A DNA stretch of 64,000 bases from Okamejei kenojei (taxonomy: Eukaryota): contig JAVHYY010000289.1 of the NCBI GenBank assembly GCA_035221665.1, forward strand, positions 1 to 64,000, written 5' to 3'. The translations under genes were made by a program, and so were the position numbers. The notes beneath the pieces were generated by a model, which was given only the letters and a program-made list of their open reading frames with translations, was not told the DNA's origin and ran no database searches. Below are positions 34,801 through 46,071 of the stretch, piece by piece. Numbering within the stretch: the stretch's first letter is position 1; each line of letters begins with the position of its first letter.

Positions 34801-36399
34801 TCTTCCTCCATTTTTTGCCTCATTAGCCGGGTCTTAAAACAGTCAGCAACACCTCGCTTGGGTTTGTACTGTCAGACAGGCTAAGCAGCCATGTTGCCTG
34901 CTGCATCAGGCATAATAATACAACGTTATACGGTTATTCCAAAAAACAAAAACTTGCTGGTTCAAACTGTGGTTCAGGGGACCGGCCTTTGCATAATAAA
35001 ACAATTATTGACTTACACATTTTGAATGGATTGACTTATGGCTCAGGTTGTCACATAAAGCCATGAATGTGCTCACTGCAGAGTGCAGGGATAGCACCCA
35101 CAAAAGCAGTATATTCCTATAGAGGGGATCGAAAATGATTTCTTTAAATGTTAATGTTACAGTTAATATGGTACAGATTACTGACATCTTCCAGTTCATT
35201 CTTAAATGGTATTTGACAATAATTCAGTTATAGAGACACTACAGCTGCAACAAACGGGAACTACTCTGTTGGGTTCAATCCCGAATATCGAGTTGTTAAA
35301 GAGATCTTGACACAAGTTCTCCCACTACAAGAATATGCAGTTGGTTATTGAAAATGTGTTAACATGACTTCACCAAGGGGTTCCAGCTACATCCTTAGTT
35401 ATGACACTAACATCAGCACAATGACAGCAAACATTGCAAACGCTGTGGTGATCTAGGATGGAATTGGCTGCAGGTGTCATTACATTTTACATTCTGGTCT
35501 ACACAAGCAGAGCAGGCCAGGGGTGACAGGATTTAAGATCATTTTTCGGATACCCCACGGTCTCACGTCTGTGTGGGAGGGCAGGCTTGCTATATTATAT
35601 CAAGGCCACCAGAATCCTAAGTGTGGAATCTGCATTGTTTATTAATCAACAAACAACTACACAAAGGAAGGTCGGATCAGACTATTTCAAGGTGGCTGCA
35701 GCAGGTTCTGGGTTATGCAGGTATTAACACTGACGATTGTATATCTCATTCCACCAGGTCAGCATCAACGTCAGCGGCCAGAGCAATGGACATGCCCTTC
35801 GACCATATCCTCGGGACCACAGGATGGTGAACTGAATTGATTTTTAATTTTTTACCATAGGCTGGTTACTGACCCGGGGTTTTGCCCATTCTGTTTTGCG
35901 TCCACTTTAGCCTCCCATGAGTTACAGGGGTTGCTATTGATTTCTTTATTAATGTAAACCATTAATACATTTGAATCAATGTAATGCTTAATGCATTTTT
36001 GATTATTCACTCATCCTGAGTCAATCGATGCAGTGAGACGCCTTGATTTGGATCTGCGGCATGAAATCACAAAGCTTCGAACTCTATTGAAGTAAAATAG
36101 TAAGATTAAATGAGAACTTACCAGTTTGAAGTTTGATCTTGATTTTACGAGGAGTTACATTGGTGATTACGTGCCCTCCACGCCCAACCCTCTCTCATAA
36201 AGATCATCTGGTAGTTCTCGAGTCACGCATCTTACTATGTCACTTCGGTAATTGTTATTTGTGATTTCATACCGCTGCTTCGAAGATTGACAAACATGTG
36301 GCCTGGACGGGCTTCGTCACGTAATCACCAACGTACGTAACTCCTCATAAAATCAAAATCAAACTTCAAACTGGTAAGTTCTCGTTTAATCTTACTATT
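31876..36399 (+). mobile_element. Degenerate DIRS1-like tyrosine-recombinase retrotransposon
   Basis: YR C-terminus QTISRWL...AGI...SHSTRSASTSAA...GW (35621-35830) and a methyltransferase-like PPF..LISRVLK remnant at ~34800. The ICR at 36082-36173 is complementary to both the left end (ATTTTACTTCA) and the right end (36318-36399). Confidence 0.85.
32415..32642 (+). repeat. 62-bp tandem repeat (~3.5 copies) inside the DIRS element
   Basis: TGCCGGCCTACGGGAGAGCCGCACCAGCAACGCCTG starts at 32537 and again at 32599, with degenerate upstream copies. Confidence 0.9.
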
Positions 36400-36524
36400 A
36401 AAAGGCATTTAGACATATACACAGGCAATACTAATTTATGGAAGACATTGATAGATTAGACATTCAGTATTTTCTTTCTCCCAGGGTATGAATGTTTTGG
36501 TTCCACTTGTATTCCAAAGTATGC

Positions 36525-37095
36525 TTTGCCGTTGAGCCTCACATCAGTGGTAGGGAAGCAATTGGAGAGGATTCTTTGGGATAGGATTCACTACCATTTG
36601 GAAAGCAATGGGCTATTTAGGAACCATCAGCATGGTTTTGTATGCCGCAGATCATGTCTTACTAACTTGAATGATTTTTTTGAGGAGGTGATAAAGGTGA
36701 TCGATGAAGGTAGGGCAGTGGATGTTGTCTATATGGACCTTAGTAAGGCATTTGTGAAAGGTCTCCATGGTTGGTTGGCCCAAGAAGGTCACAATGCACG
36801 GCATTCATAGTGATTTTGTCGTCTGCTTCAATACAGGCTTACTGTTAGAAGATAGAGGGTTGTGGTGAAGGGCATTATTCAGACTGGAAGTCTGTGACCA
36901 GCTGAATTCTGCAGGGATCTGCGGACAGTGAGCAAGGATGTTAAAGTATAGATATGCGAGTAGGATGCTATGAGGCTGCAGGATGACTTGGATAGGTTGG
37001 GTGAGTGGGCAGATGCACTCTAAAGTATAGTGGGTATAGATCAGTTCAGAAATTGGCAGAGAAATGGAAAATGAGGTTTAATCCGACCAAATGCT
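36525..37095 (+). mobile_element. CR1 RT fragment
   Basis: SLTSVVGK...QHGF...SCLTNL...VDVVYMDLSKAF. Confidence 0.85.
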
Positions 37096-37586
37096 GAGTT
37101 GTTTTTCTAAAAATGACCGACGTTTTCCACACTTGCATGAAGCACATCTCTTCATCATCCTCTGTCTTCAGAGTCAATCCTATTGGTCGGTTATCTTTTC
37201 AGTAACGTAAGAATTGTTTATAGGTGTTGGTCCTTAAGTCAGGAACATATTTCCATATGTCAAGCAGCCTGCTTGTTCTTTTTAGCAAGTCTGTTCCCTG
37301 TGGGAGCCCCCCCTGTTCAGATTAAGACAATCTGCCATCTCCTACAGGAAATCAGAGGTGAAGGAAATAGTCCCCACATCACTGTCCAGTTTCACACACC
37401 CGTCGACAGTCAAAATATGAAACGTGTTTCTGGTAAATCAACAGCTGCACGCAGAGATTGTGTTCAAATTTGTCCCATGCATAGAGGATCAGCAGCAGGT
37501 TCTTCAACCCTCCAGCCCATCCCCACTCTCTGCTGATCTGTGTTTGAACTCCATTTATCCACCTTGGTTCTCTGTCCTTTAATCAC

Positions 37587-39810
37587 CAAAGAAGGCGGAT
37601 CAACTGTGGCTAACGAGGAAAATTAGGGATAGTATTAAATCCAAGGAAGCGTATAAATTGGCTAGAGGAAGCAGCAAACCGGAGGACTGAGGGAAATTTA
37701 GAATTCAGCAGAGGAGGACAAAGAGGTTAATTAAGAGGGGAAAAATAGAGCATAAAACAAAAGCTTGCAGGGAATATAAAAACTTACTGTAAAAACAGTT
37801 TTTTATACTGTTCTGTATGTGAAGAGGAAAAGATTAGTGAGACAAATGTAGGTGCTTCAAAGTCAGAAATGGATGAATTTATAATGGGAAACAAGGAAAT
37901 GGTAGACCAGTTAAACAAGTACTTTGGTTCTGTCTTCACCAAGGAAGACACAATCTCCCAGAAACACTAGGAGACCGAGGATCTAGCTGAAGGGAATTGA
38001 CATCAGTCATGAAATGGTGTTGGGTAAACTGTTGGGACTGAAGGCCGATAAATCCCCAGGGCCTGATGGTCTGCATCCCAGAGTACTCAAGGAGGTGGCA
38101 CTAGAAATCGTGATTTAATTGGTGATCATTTTCCAATGTTCTATAGACTCTGGATCAGTTCCTGTGTACTGGAGGGTAGCTAATGTGACCCCACATTTTA
38201 AGAAAGGAGGGAGTGAGAGAACGGAGAATTCTAGACCAGTTAGCCTTACATTGGTAGAGGGGAAGATGCTGGAGTCGATTATTAAATATGTAGTAGCAGC
38301 ACATTTGGAAAGCAGTGACAGGATCGGTCAAAGTGAGCATGGATTTATGAAGGGGAAATCATGCTTGAATAATCTTCTGAAATTTTTTGAGGATGTAACA
38401 AGTAGAATGGATAAAGGAGAGCCAGTGGATGTGGTGTATCTGGATGTTCAAAAAGCCTTTGACAATGTCCCACACAAGAAATTAATGCGCAAAATGAGAG
38501 CACAAGGTAGTGGGGGTACGGTATTGACATGGATAGAGAACTGGTTGGCTGACAGGAAACAAAGTGTAGGAATTAATGGGCCCTTTTCAGAATAGCAGGC
38601 AGTGACTAGTGGGGTATCTCAAGGCGCAGTGCTGGGCCCTAATTATTCACGATATACATTAACGATTTAGACAAGGGAATTAAATGTAACATCTCCAAGT
38701 TTGTGGATGATACAAAGCTGGGTGGCAGTGTGAGCTGCGAGGAGAATGCTATGAGGCTGCAGGGTGACTTGGATAGGTTGGGTGAGTGGGCAGATGCATG
38801 GCAGATGCAGCATTATGTGGATAATTGTGAGGTTATTCACTTTGACTATTTACAATATACATCAATGATTTAGATGAGGGGATTCAAAGTAACATTAGCA
38901 AATTTGCAGGTGACTCAAAGCTGGGTGGCAAGTGTGAACTGTGAGGAGGATGCTATGAGAATGAAAGGTGACTTGAACAGGTTGGGTGAGTGGGCAGATG
39001 CATGACAGATGCAGTTTAATGTGGATAAATGTGAGGTTATCTACTTTGGTAGCAAAAACAGGAAGGCAGATTATTATCTAAATGGTGTCAAATTGGGAAA
39101 AGGGGAAGTACAACGGGATCTGGGGGTCCTTGTTCATCAGTCAGTGAAAGTAAGCATTCAGGTACAGCAGGCAGCGAAGAAAGCGAATGGCATGTTGGCC
39201 TTCATAACAAGAGGAGTTGAGCAGAGGAGCAAAGAGGTCCTTCTGCAGTTGTACAGGGCCCTAGTGAGACCACACCTGAAGTATTGTGTGCAGTTTTGGT
39301 CCCCTAATTTGAGGAAGGATATTCTTGCTATTGAGGGAGTGCAGCATAGGTTCACCAGGTTAATTCCCGGGATGGTGGGACTGTCATATGCTGAGAGAAT
39401 GGAGCGGCTGGGCTTGTACACTCTGGAAATGAGAGGGAATCATATTGAAACATATAAGATTATTAAGGGTTTGGACACACAAGAGGCAGGAAACATGTTC
39501 CTGATGTTGGGGGAGTCCAGAACCAGGTGCCACAGTTTAAGAATAAGGGGTAAGGCAATTAGAAAGGAAACAAGGAAACACTTTTTCACACAGAGAGTTG
39601 TGAGTGTGGAATTCTCTGCCTCAGAGGGCGATGGAGGCCGGTTCTTTGGATACTTTCAAGAGAGAGCTGGATCGGGCTCTTAAAGATAGCGGAGTCAGGG
39701 AATATGGGGAGAAGGCAGGAACGAGGTACTGATTGGGGATGATCAGCCATGATCACATTGAATGGTGCTAGCTCGAAGGGCCGAATGGTCTACACCTGCA
39801 CCTATTGTCT
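37587..39810 (+). mobile_element. CR1 LINE (ORF2 portion), chimeric with ~200-bp internal overlap
   Basis: ORFs 38119-38595 and 39009-39683. The FADD-region segment occurs twice (38640-38845 and 38846-39050) in two diverged versions. Confidence 0.9.
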
Positions 39811-40444
39811 ATCCTTCCTGAGCGGTGCTGCCTTGAATCACACCCAGAGCTCCAGATGTGGTCTAACCAGAGGTCTATTAAACAGCAGCATAAAGCCCAC
39901 ACCCTTTGTATCCCAGCGTTTCCCCATCAACTGAGGCACGTTAAGAGCATTGGGTTTAAATTCAAGCTCAGGATCAATCCAAACCTACCAGTGGCCTCTC
40001 TACACAAAGCAAACCTTCCTGCTTTGCTCTTGTACCCAATGCAATTGGTCATTTGCTTATGGAATCACTGATTGTCCGCAGTGACTAACTAAACAACAAC
40101 CTCTGTTTCTCTCCTCACCATTCCTGTTACCGCTGACATTGTTTATCCATATACCTCTCCATACCTAGCTGTTGCCTGTATTCAAGTCAGGTTTTTTTTT
40201 AATTTCCAGTCTTACTGGAAATTTAAAAAATCCAGTAAGATCTTGATGGCAATCTCACCACTGGCTACCCAGCACCTGACAGAGAGATTGGGAGTGGGTG
40301 ATGGAGAGCAAAATGAGGGGAAAATACCGAGCACAGAAGGAGAATGGGGAACAAGAAGAGAGACAGGAAGAATTAAGACAGATAGAGAAGTGATTTAGGA
40401 AAGGATGGGGTGGGGGGGGGGAGAGAAGAGAGGGGTGAAACAGT

Positions 40445-40822
40445 CAAGAGTCAAGTCAAGAGAGTTTTATTGTCATGTGTCCCAGAGAGGACAATATTGT
40501 AAGCATAATACAGAACAAATCAGTGTGTCTATATCCCATAGACCATATATATACACATAAATAAAGAGATAGTGCAATAGGCTGTTATTGTTCAGAGTTT
40601 GTTTGATGTCGTGTTTAATAGCCTGATGGCTGTGGGGAAGAAGCTGTTCCTGAACCTGAATGTGCCAGATTTCAAGCTCCTGTAACTTCTTCCCGATGGC
40701 AATGGAGAGATGAGTGTGTGGCCAGGATGGTGTGGGTCTTTGATGATGTTGGCAGCCTTTTTGAGGCAGCGACTGCGATAGATCCCTTCGATGGTGGGGA
40801 GGTCAGAGTTGATGATGGACGA
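40445..40822 (-). mobile_element. Rex/Babar LINE 3' fragment
   Basis: SIINSDLPTIEGIYRSRCLKKAANIIKDPHHPGH...FRNSFFPTAIRLLN. Confidence 0.88.
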
Positions 40823-41749
40823 TGAAAGAGAGGGGAAAGTGGAAATGAGAGAGAAATAGTGTGGATAGGATGAGAGCTGGGGAAGAGAGGCGAGAGAAAG
40901 CAGGGAAGAGATATAGTTTGGGTGTGGGAGAAAGTCAGGAAGGGAAAAGGGGTGAGGGAAAGGAGTGGGAAAGATGAGAAAGAGCAGGGAGTGAATGAGA
41001 GAATGTGGGGAGGGTAGCAGAAAGAGATAGTGAGAAGGGGGAGGGGGGTTCCACACTCTCAGCCTCCAATCTGAACGGCAGCTGAGCTGCCAACCACAGC
41101 CTCCTTCCATCACAATGACTGATCTTCACCTCCACAACATTGAACATCTGTGGCCTCGGTCCATTTATATACTTAGTAGTTTTCTTGTGAAAAGATGCAA
41201 CACAAATGCAAGTCTTTGTTGTTGGGATGAGTGGCCTTCCTCTAAGAAACTGTTAATCTGCAGCCGTGCCATTTTTGCAGACCAAAACTTAGACTGGGTT
41301 CCCTTTATATTGTTCTATGGAGTCCTCTGTCTATGCGCTGTTTTCTGTGTAATCTCATAGCTGAGGCGTGGGTGATGAATTAGCTTGTGCTATTTTAACC
41401 AAGACTTCACATATCCAGGAGATGATCATGTTATAATATGGCAGAAACTTTCCTCTGTACTGATCTGCGCTGCATCTGCTATGGAGTGCTGATGGGAAAG
41501 TGCTCAGGATCCTTTACAGAAAATCTGCTCCAATGTGATAATAATGTTCTGAAGAAGCTTCATGTTGTAGACAATCATGTTGTACAGATAGTGATAGCAA
41601 TGGGGAAAAGGGGGAATAGGGGGTTTCGGGGCGAGAGTGTTTCAGATTCGCAATGAGAAAGTTACTTTTCCGATATGACTTTTTAACATAAAGGTTTTTT
41701 CAAAACCAATAATTTTCCTTTGTTACTTCAAACTAAAAACACTAAAGGC

Positions 41750-42742
41750 TGGGCTAAAAAATAAAGTGCTGGAGTAACAATGGGTCAGGCAGCATCTCTG
41801 GAGAACACGGTCGTCATGTTTCAGGTTGGGATTCTTCTTCATTGATTGTGGTGGTGGCTGTGGGGGGGGGGGGTTGGACAAAGTCTGGCAAATGATAGGT
41901 GGATAGAGGCGAGGGGGAGTATTGATAGGAATTGCAGATGCTAGTTTACACCGAAATAGGCACAAAATGCTGGTGTAACACAGCGGGTCAAGTAGCATGT
42001 CTGGAGAAAAGGAATAGATGACATTTCGGGTCGAGACCCTTCTTCAGACTGAGTCAGGGGAAAGGTAAACCATAGGTACGAAAAGGTACAGAACAAATGA
42101 GAGCCAGCATTGATGATTCAGGAAAGTTGGAGCCCACAATGGTCCATTGTTGGCTTGGATGAAGTGATAACGGAGGGATACAAACAGTGAAACTAGCAAG
42201 TTGAGTAGGGTGGTGGAGGGACGGAGAGAGAGGGAGTGCAAGGGACCCCGACCGTCCTCTTAGGTGAGGCAGAGGTTCACTTGCACCTCCTCCAACCTTA
42301 TCTGCTGTATCTGTTCTGTGTGGACTCCAATATATCGGCGAGACTAAGCACAGACTGGGCGGTCATTTTGCTGACACACCTACACTCAGTCTGCCTTGAC
42401 CTTCGAGACCTACCAGATGCCAAAGATGTCAACTCCCCTTCCCATTCCCACATTGACCTTTCTGTCCTGTTCCTCCTCCACTGTCAGACTGAGGCCACAT
42501 ACAAATTGGAGGAACTAGCACCTCATAATTTGCTTGGGCAGCTCACAACCCAGCAGTATGAATATTGATTTCTCCAACTTCAAGTAACCCTTGCATTCTC
42601 TCTCTCGCCTCTCTCCTCAGACAGAAGAAGGGTCCCGAGCTGAAACGTCCCAAACCCATTTTCTCCAGAGATGCTGCCTGACCAGTTGAGCTACTCCAGC
42701 ATTTTGTGTCGATATTTGGTACAAACCAGCATCTGCAGATCA
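41750..42742. mobile_element. Penelope-like element cluster: inverted pseudo-LTRs plus GIY-YIG endonuclease remnant
   Basis: Plus 42250-42590 encodes YIGETKHRLG/HLHSV...NSPSHSH...GSSQPSSMNIDFSNFK across frameshifts. Hammerhead-like cores at 42020-42047 (minus) and ~42620-42650 (plus, degenerate). Confidence 0.82.
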
Positions 42743-43664
42743 TTTATATTATATTCTATAATACAATATCATGACTGCTAATGGCAGACAAATTGACCCT
42801 GCAGAAACCAAATAAACCATTGAAGAAATCAAAACCTCACAATACCACCCATGGGCCACAGACTGCCACATGTTTCTCTGGGCTTTAAGAGGAGGGAGAT
42901 CCACTTAATTACATTAACCTGCATTACATTTCATTACATTAACATTTGCATTAACTTGGATGAAAACTTCATGAGGAATCAAAGATAACCATTGATTTAC
43001 TTGAATCGCTGCAACCATTTGTTATTAGTAACTGCCAGATGTCTGAAACTCTGAGAACATTTAGACCCAGTCCTTCTCCTTACACTTCCTCTCAGGTTGC
43101 ACAGGCAGGTTTAATTTGGGCAGGGGGGCCTCCCAGCAGAGCTGTGCTACTAAAAAGAATAAACAAGCTGCTTTACATATTGAAATACAATTCTGATGCT
43201 GTGTTTTGCACCAACAGGTTCATGTTTACCACACAAAATGGGTCTGAAAGAATGAAAACCAATGGGCAATGAAGACCCTCTCCGCATTTCAGTAAATTTG
43301 CCACATTTAGAAACGGGCTCAAAGTACTGGTGATTGTCACTGATCATGATTACACTGATTAATTAATGGGAACGAGCTGTCCAGATGTATGTACATCTGC
43401 ATTTTAGGTTCTGATGGAGCTGAGAGACTCCCACCAGCAACTTATTCTGTGTTTGCTCGAGCTGATCATAGAGATCCACCCTGATGGCTGTAGTTGAAGT
43501 GATCGGGTAGATGGGAATTGGCAGCATCAAAGCAATAAACAAAGGACAAACTAAAAAGTTGCACGAGCTGCCTTTGAAACATTACAAAAAGCCGTGGGCA
43601 GAATCCCTATGTTATATGCATTGGGCAGAATCCTTGCATTATACGCGCATGGGCAGAATCCCTG

Positions 43665-44252
43665 CATTGGAGCGCAGAAGGTTAAGGGGGGACTTGATTG
43701 AGGTCTTTAAAATGATCAAAGGGATAGACAGAGTTGACGCGGATAAGCTTTTCCCATTGAGGGTAGGGAAGATTCAAACAAGAGGGCATGACATGAGAAT
43801 GAAGGGACAGAAGTTTAGGGGTAACATGAGGGGGAACTTCTTTACTCAGAGGGTGGTGGCTGTGTGGAATGAGCTTCCAGCAGAAGTGGTGGAGGCAGGA
43901 TCGATTTTAACATTTAAAAGTAAAGTGGATAGGTACATGGACGGGAAGGGAATGGAGGGGTAGAATTCCACAGACGCAGAGGCAGAGAATTCCACAGACG
44001 CACAATTCTTTGTGAGAAAAAGTGTTTCCTCGTCTCCGTTCTAATAGCTTACCCCTTATTCTTAAACTGTGGTCCCTGGTTCTGGACGGAATCAGGTCTG
44101 AATCACTGTGGAAACTGTGATTTTGATTGGCTCTGAAGATGAAGGGACCATGAGTGCAGGTAGATGGGACTAGGGGAAAATAAATGGTCGGCACGGACTG
44201 GAAGGGCCGAGAGGGCCTGTTTCCGTGCTGTAATTGTTATATGGTTATATAT
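43665..44252 (+). mobile_element. CR1 3' fragment with an inverted CR1 piece inside
   Basis: LERRRLRGDLIEVFK... and TTATATGG tail. 43963-44090 is a minus-strand piece duplicating ~44543-44632. Confidence 0.85.
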
Positions 44253-44335
44253 GTTTGAGCTGATGTTTGCTGATGAGAACCAAGGTTGCTCAGTGAATCA
44301 GGTTTAATGCTGAACCAGCAGCCTGGGCCACACTC

Positions 44336-46070
44336 AATAGACATTAGACAATAGACAATAGGCGCAGGAGTAGGCCGGTCAGCCCTTCGAGCCAGCACCG
44401 CCATTCAATGTGATCATGGCTGATCATCCACAATCAGTACCCTGTTCCTGCCTTCTCCCCATATCCCCTGACTCCGCTATCTTTAAGAGCCCTATCTAAC
44501 TCTATCTTGAAAATATCCAGAGAACCGGCTTCCACCGCCCTCTGAGGCAGAGAATTCCACAGACGCACAATTCTTTGTGAGAAAAAGTGTTTCCTCGTCT
44601 CCGTTCTAAATAGCTTACCCCTTATTCTTAAACATAGAAACATTAGGTGCAGGAGTAGGCCATGCCCTTTTTCCATGGATCGGTACCTGATATCACTCTT
44701 AAATATAGCCAATGTGGCTGTGTTCCAGAGACTGTGTGAGTGGATTTTTATCCTTAAGCTGTGATTGGGACTTCCCCAACATCGGAACAATCTTCCTGCA
44801 TCTAGCCTGTCCAAGAATTTTGAAGTTGGATCTCCTAAATTCCAGAGACTATCACAGTCCTGACATAATGGCAATAATGTACTTCCTCAGATTTGGAGAC
44901 CAAAACTGTACGCAATAACCAAGACCCTGTACAACTGAAGTAGAACCTCCCTGGTACTCAAATCCTTTTGCTATGAAAGGCTGGTAGTGGATGATCTGCC
45001 AGGTCACCTTGCAGGCCCCCAGCTTAGTGTCATGGATCATTTAATATATATTGTAAATAGCTGGGGTTGAGCCCTGACCCCACTAGTCACTGCCTGCCAT
45101 TGTGAAAAGGACCCGTTTACTCCTACAGCCAGTTCTCTATCCACATCAATACTGAACCCCTAATACCGTATGCCTAATCTCTTATGTGGGACCTTGTCGA
45201 AAGCCTTCTGGAAGTCAGATATACCACATCCACTGAGTTACATCCTCGAAAAATTCCACAAGATTCGTCAGACATGATTTACCTTTCGTAAATCCATGCT
45301 GACTTTGTGAGGCAGTGATGTTAGGGTCTGGTTTTCTCTCTCCCTCCCTTTTAAAAAGAGGGGTTACATTTGCTATCCTCAGGAACTACTCCAGAATCTA
45401 AAGGTTTTGAAAGATTATCACTGAGCTACTTCCTTAAGTACTCTGGGATGCAGCCTATCTGGCCCTGGGGAGGCCTTTAATCTGACTTGGGACCCACAGT
45501 CCCCTGCTATTTCCGGCAGATTATTTTATGTCTTCCTTAGTGAAGACGGAACCAAAGTAGTTATTCAATTGATATCCTTGATGATCAACTGTTTCTGACT
45601 GCAAGGGACCTACATTTGTTTTAACTAACCTCTTTCTCTCTTCACATATCGCAGTCAGTTTTTATGTTCCCTGCCAAATTAAGCCCTTTTTTTGAATTTC
45701 CTGCTTTTTCTGGCTACTGCTTTGATACTATCCCTGATATCCACGGATGCACTGATTTATTCTTTTGGGGATGAACAATTTTTGTAGTTCATCCATGCAG
45801 TCTTTGGTATATCCACCGGAATTAATTGCCAGTCAATCTTGGCCAATTCACGTTCTCATACCCTCAAAGTTACCTTTCTTTAAGTTCAGAACCATCCTGG
45901 TCACTCTTGCCCAAGGGCACCCCTGCCAATTTGATTCTATATGTAGATTGAAGTCACCCATTATAACTGGCACGCATGGAGCTACTGACACAGCGTTCTG
46001 CCCCTTAGTGTTTTGTAGCTTTACCCATTCCAAGCTAATGTCCTTCCTTTCCATTGCGTTAATGTACTTT
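44336..46070 (-). mobile_element. CR1 tail plus a serially micro-deleted CR1 copy
   Basis: 44336-44632 is a clean 3' end. 44633-46070 consists of short blocks collinear with 55700-58231. Confidence 0.8.
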
Positions 46071-46071
46071 T

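Noticed and set aside
40592-41113. 173-aa minus ORF
   Set aside because: Fusion of a low-complexity pyrimidine tract with a Rex LINE C-terminus.
42944-42951. Perfect octamer ATTTGCAT
   Set aside because: A single 8-mer ~15.7 kb from the VH promoter with no associated V gene. Expected by chance in 64 kb.
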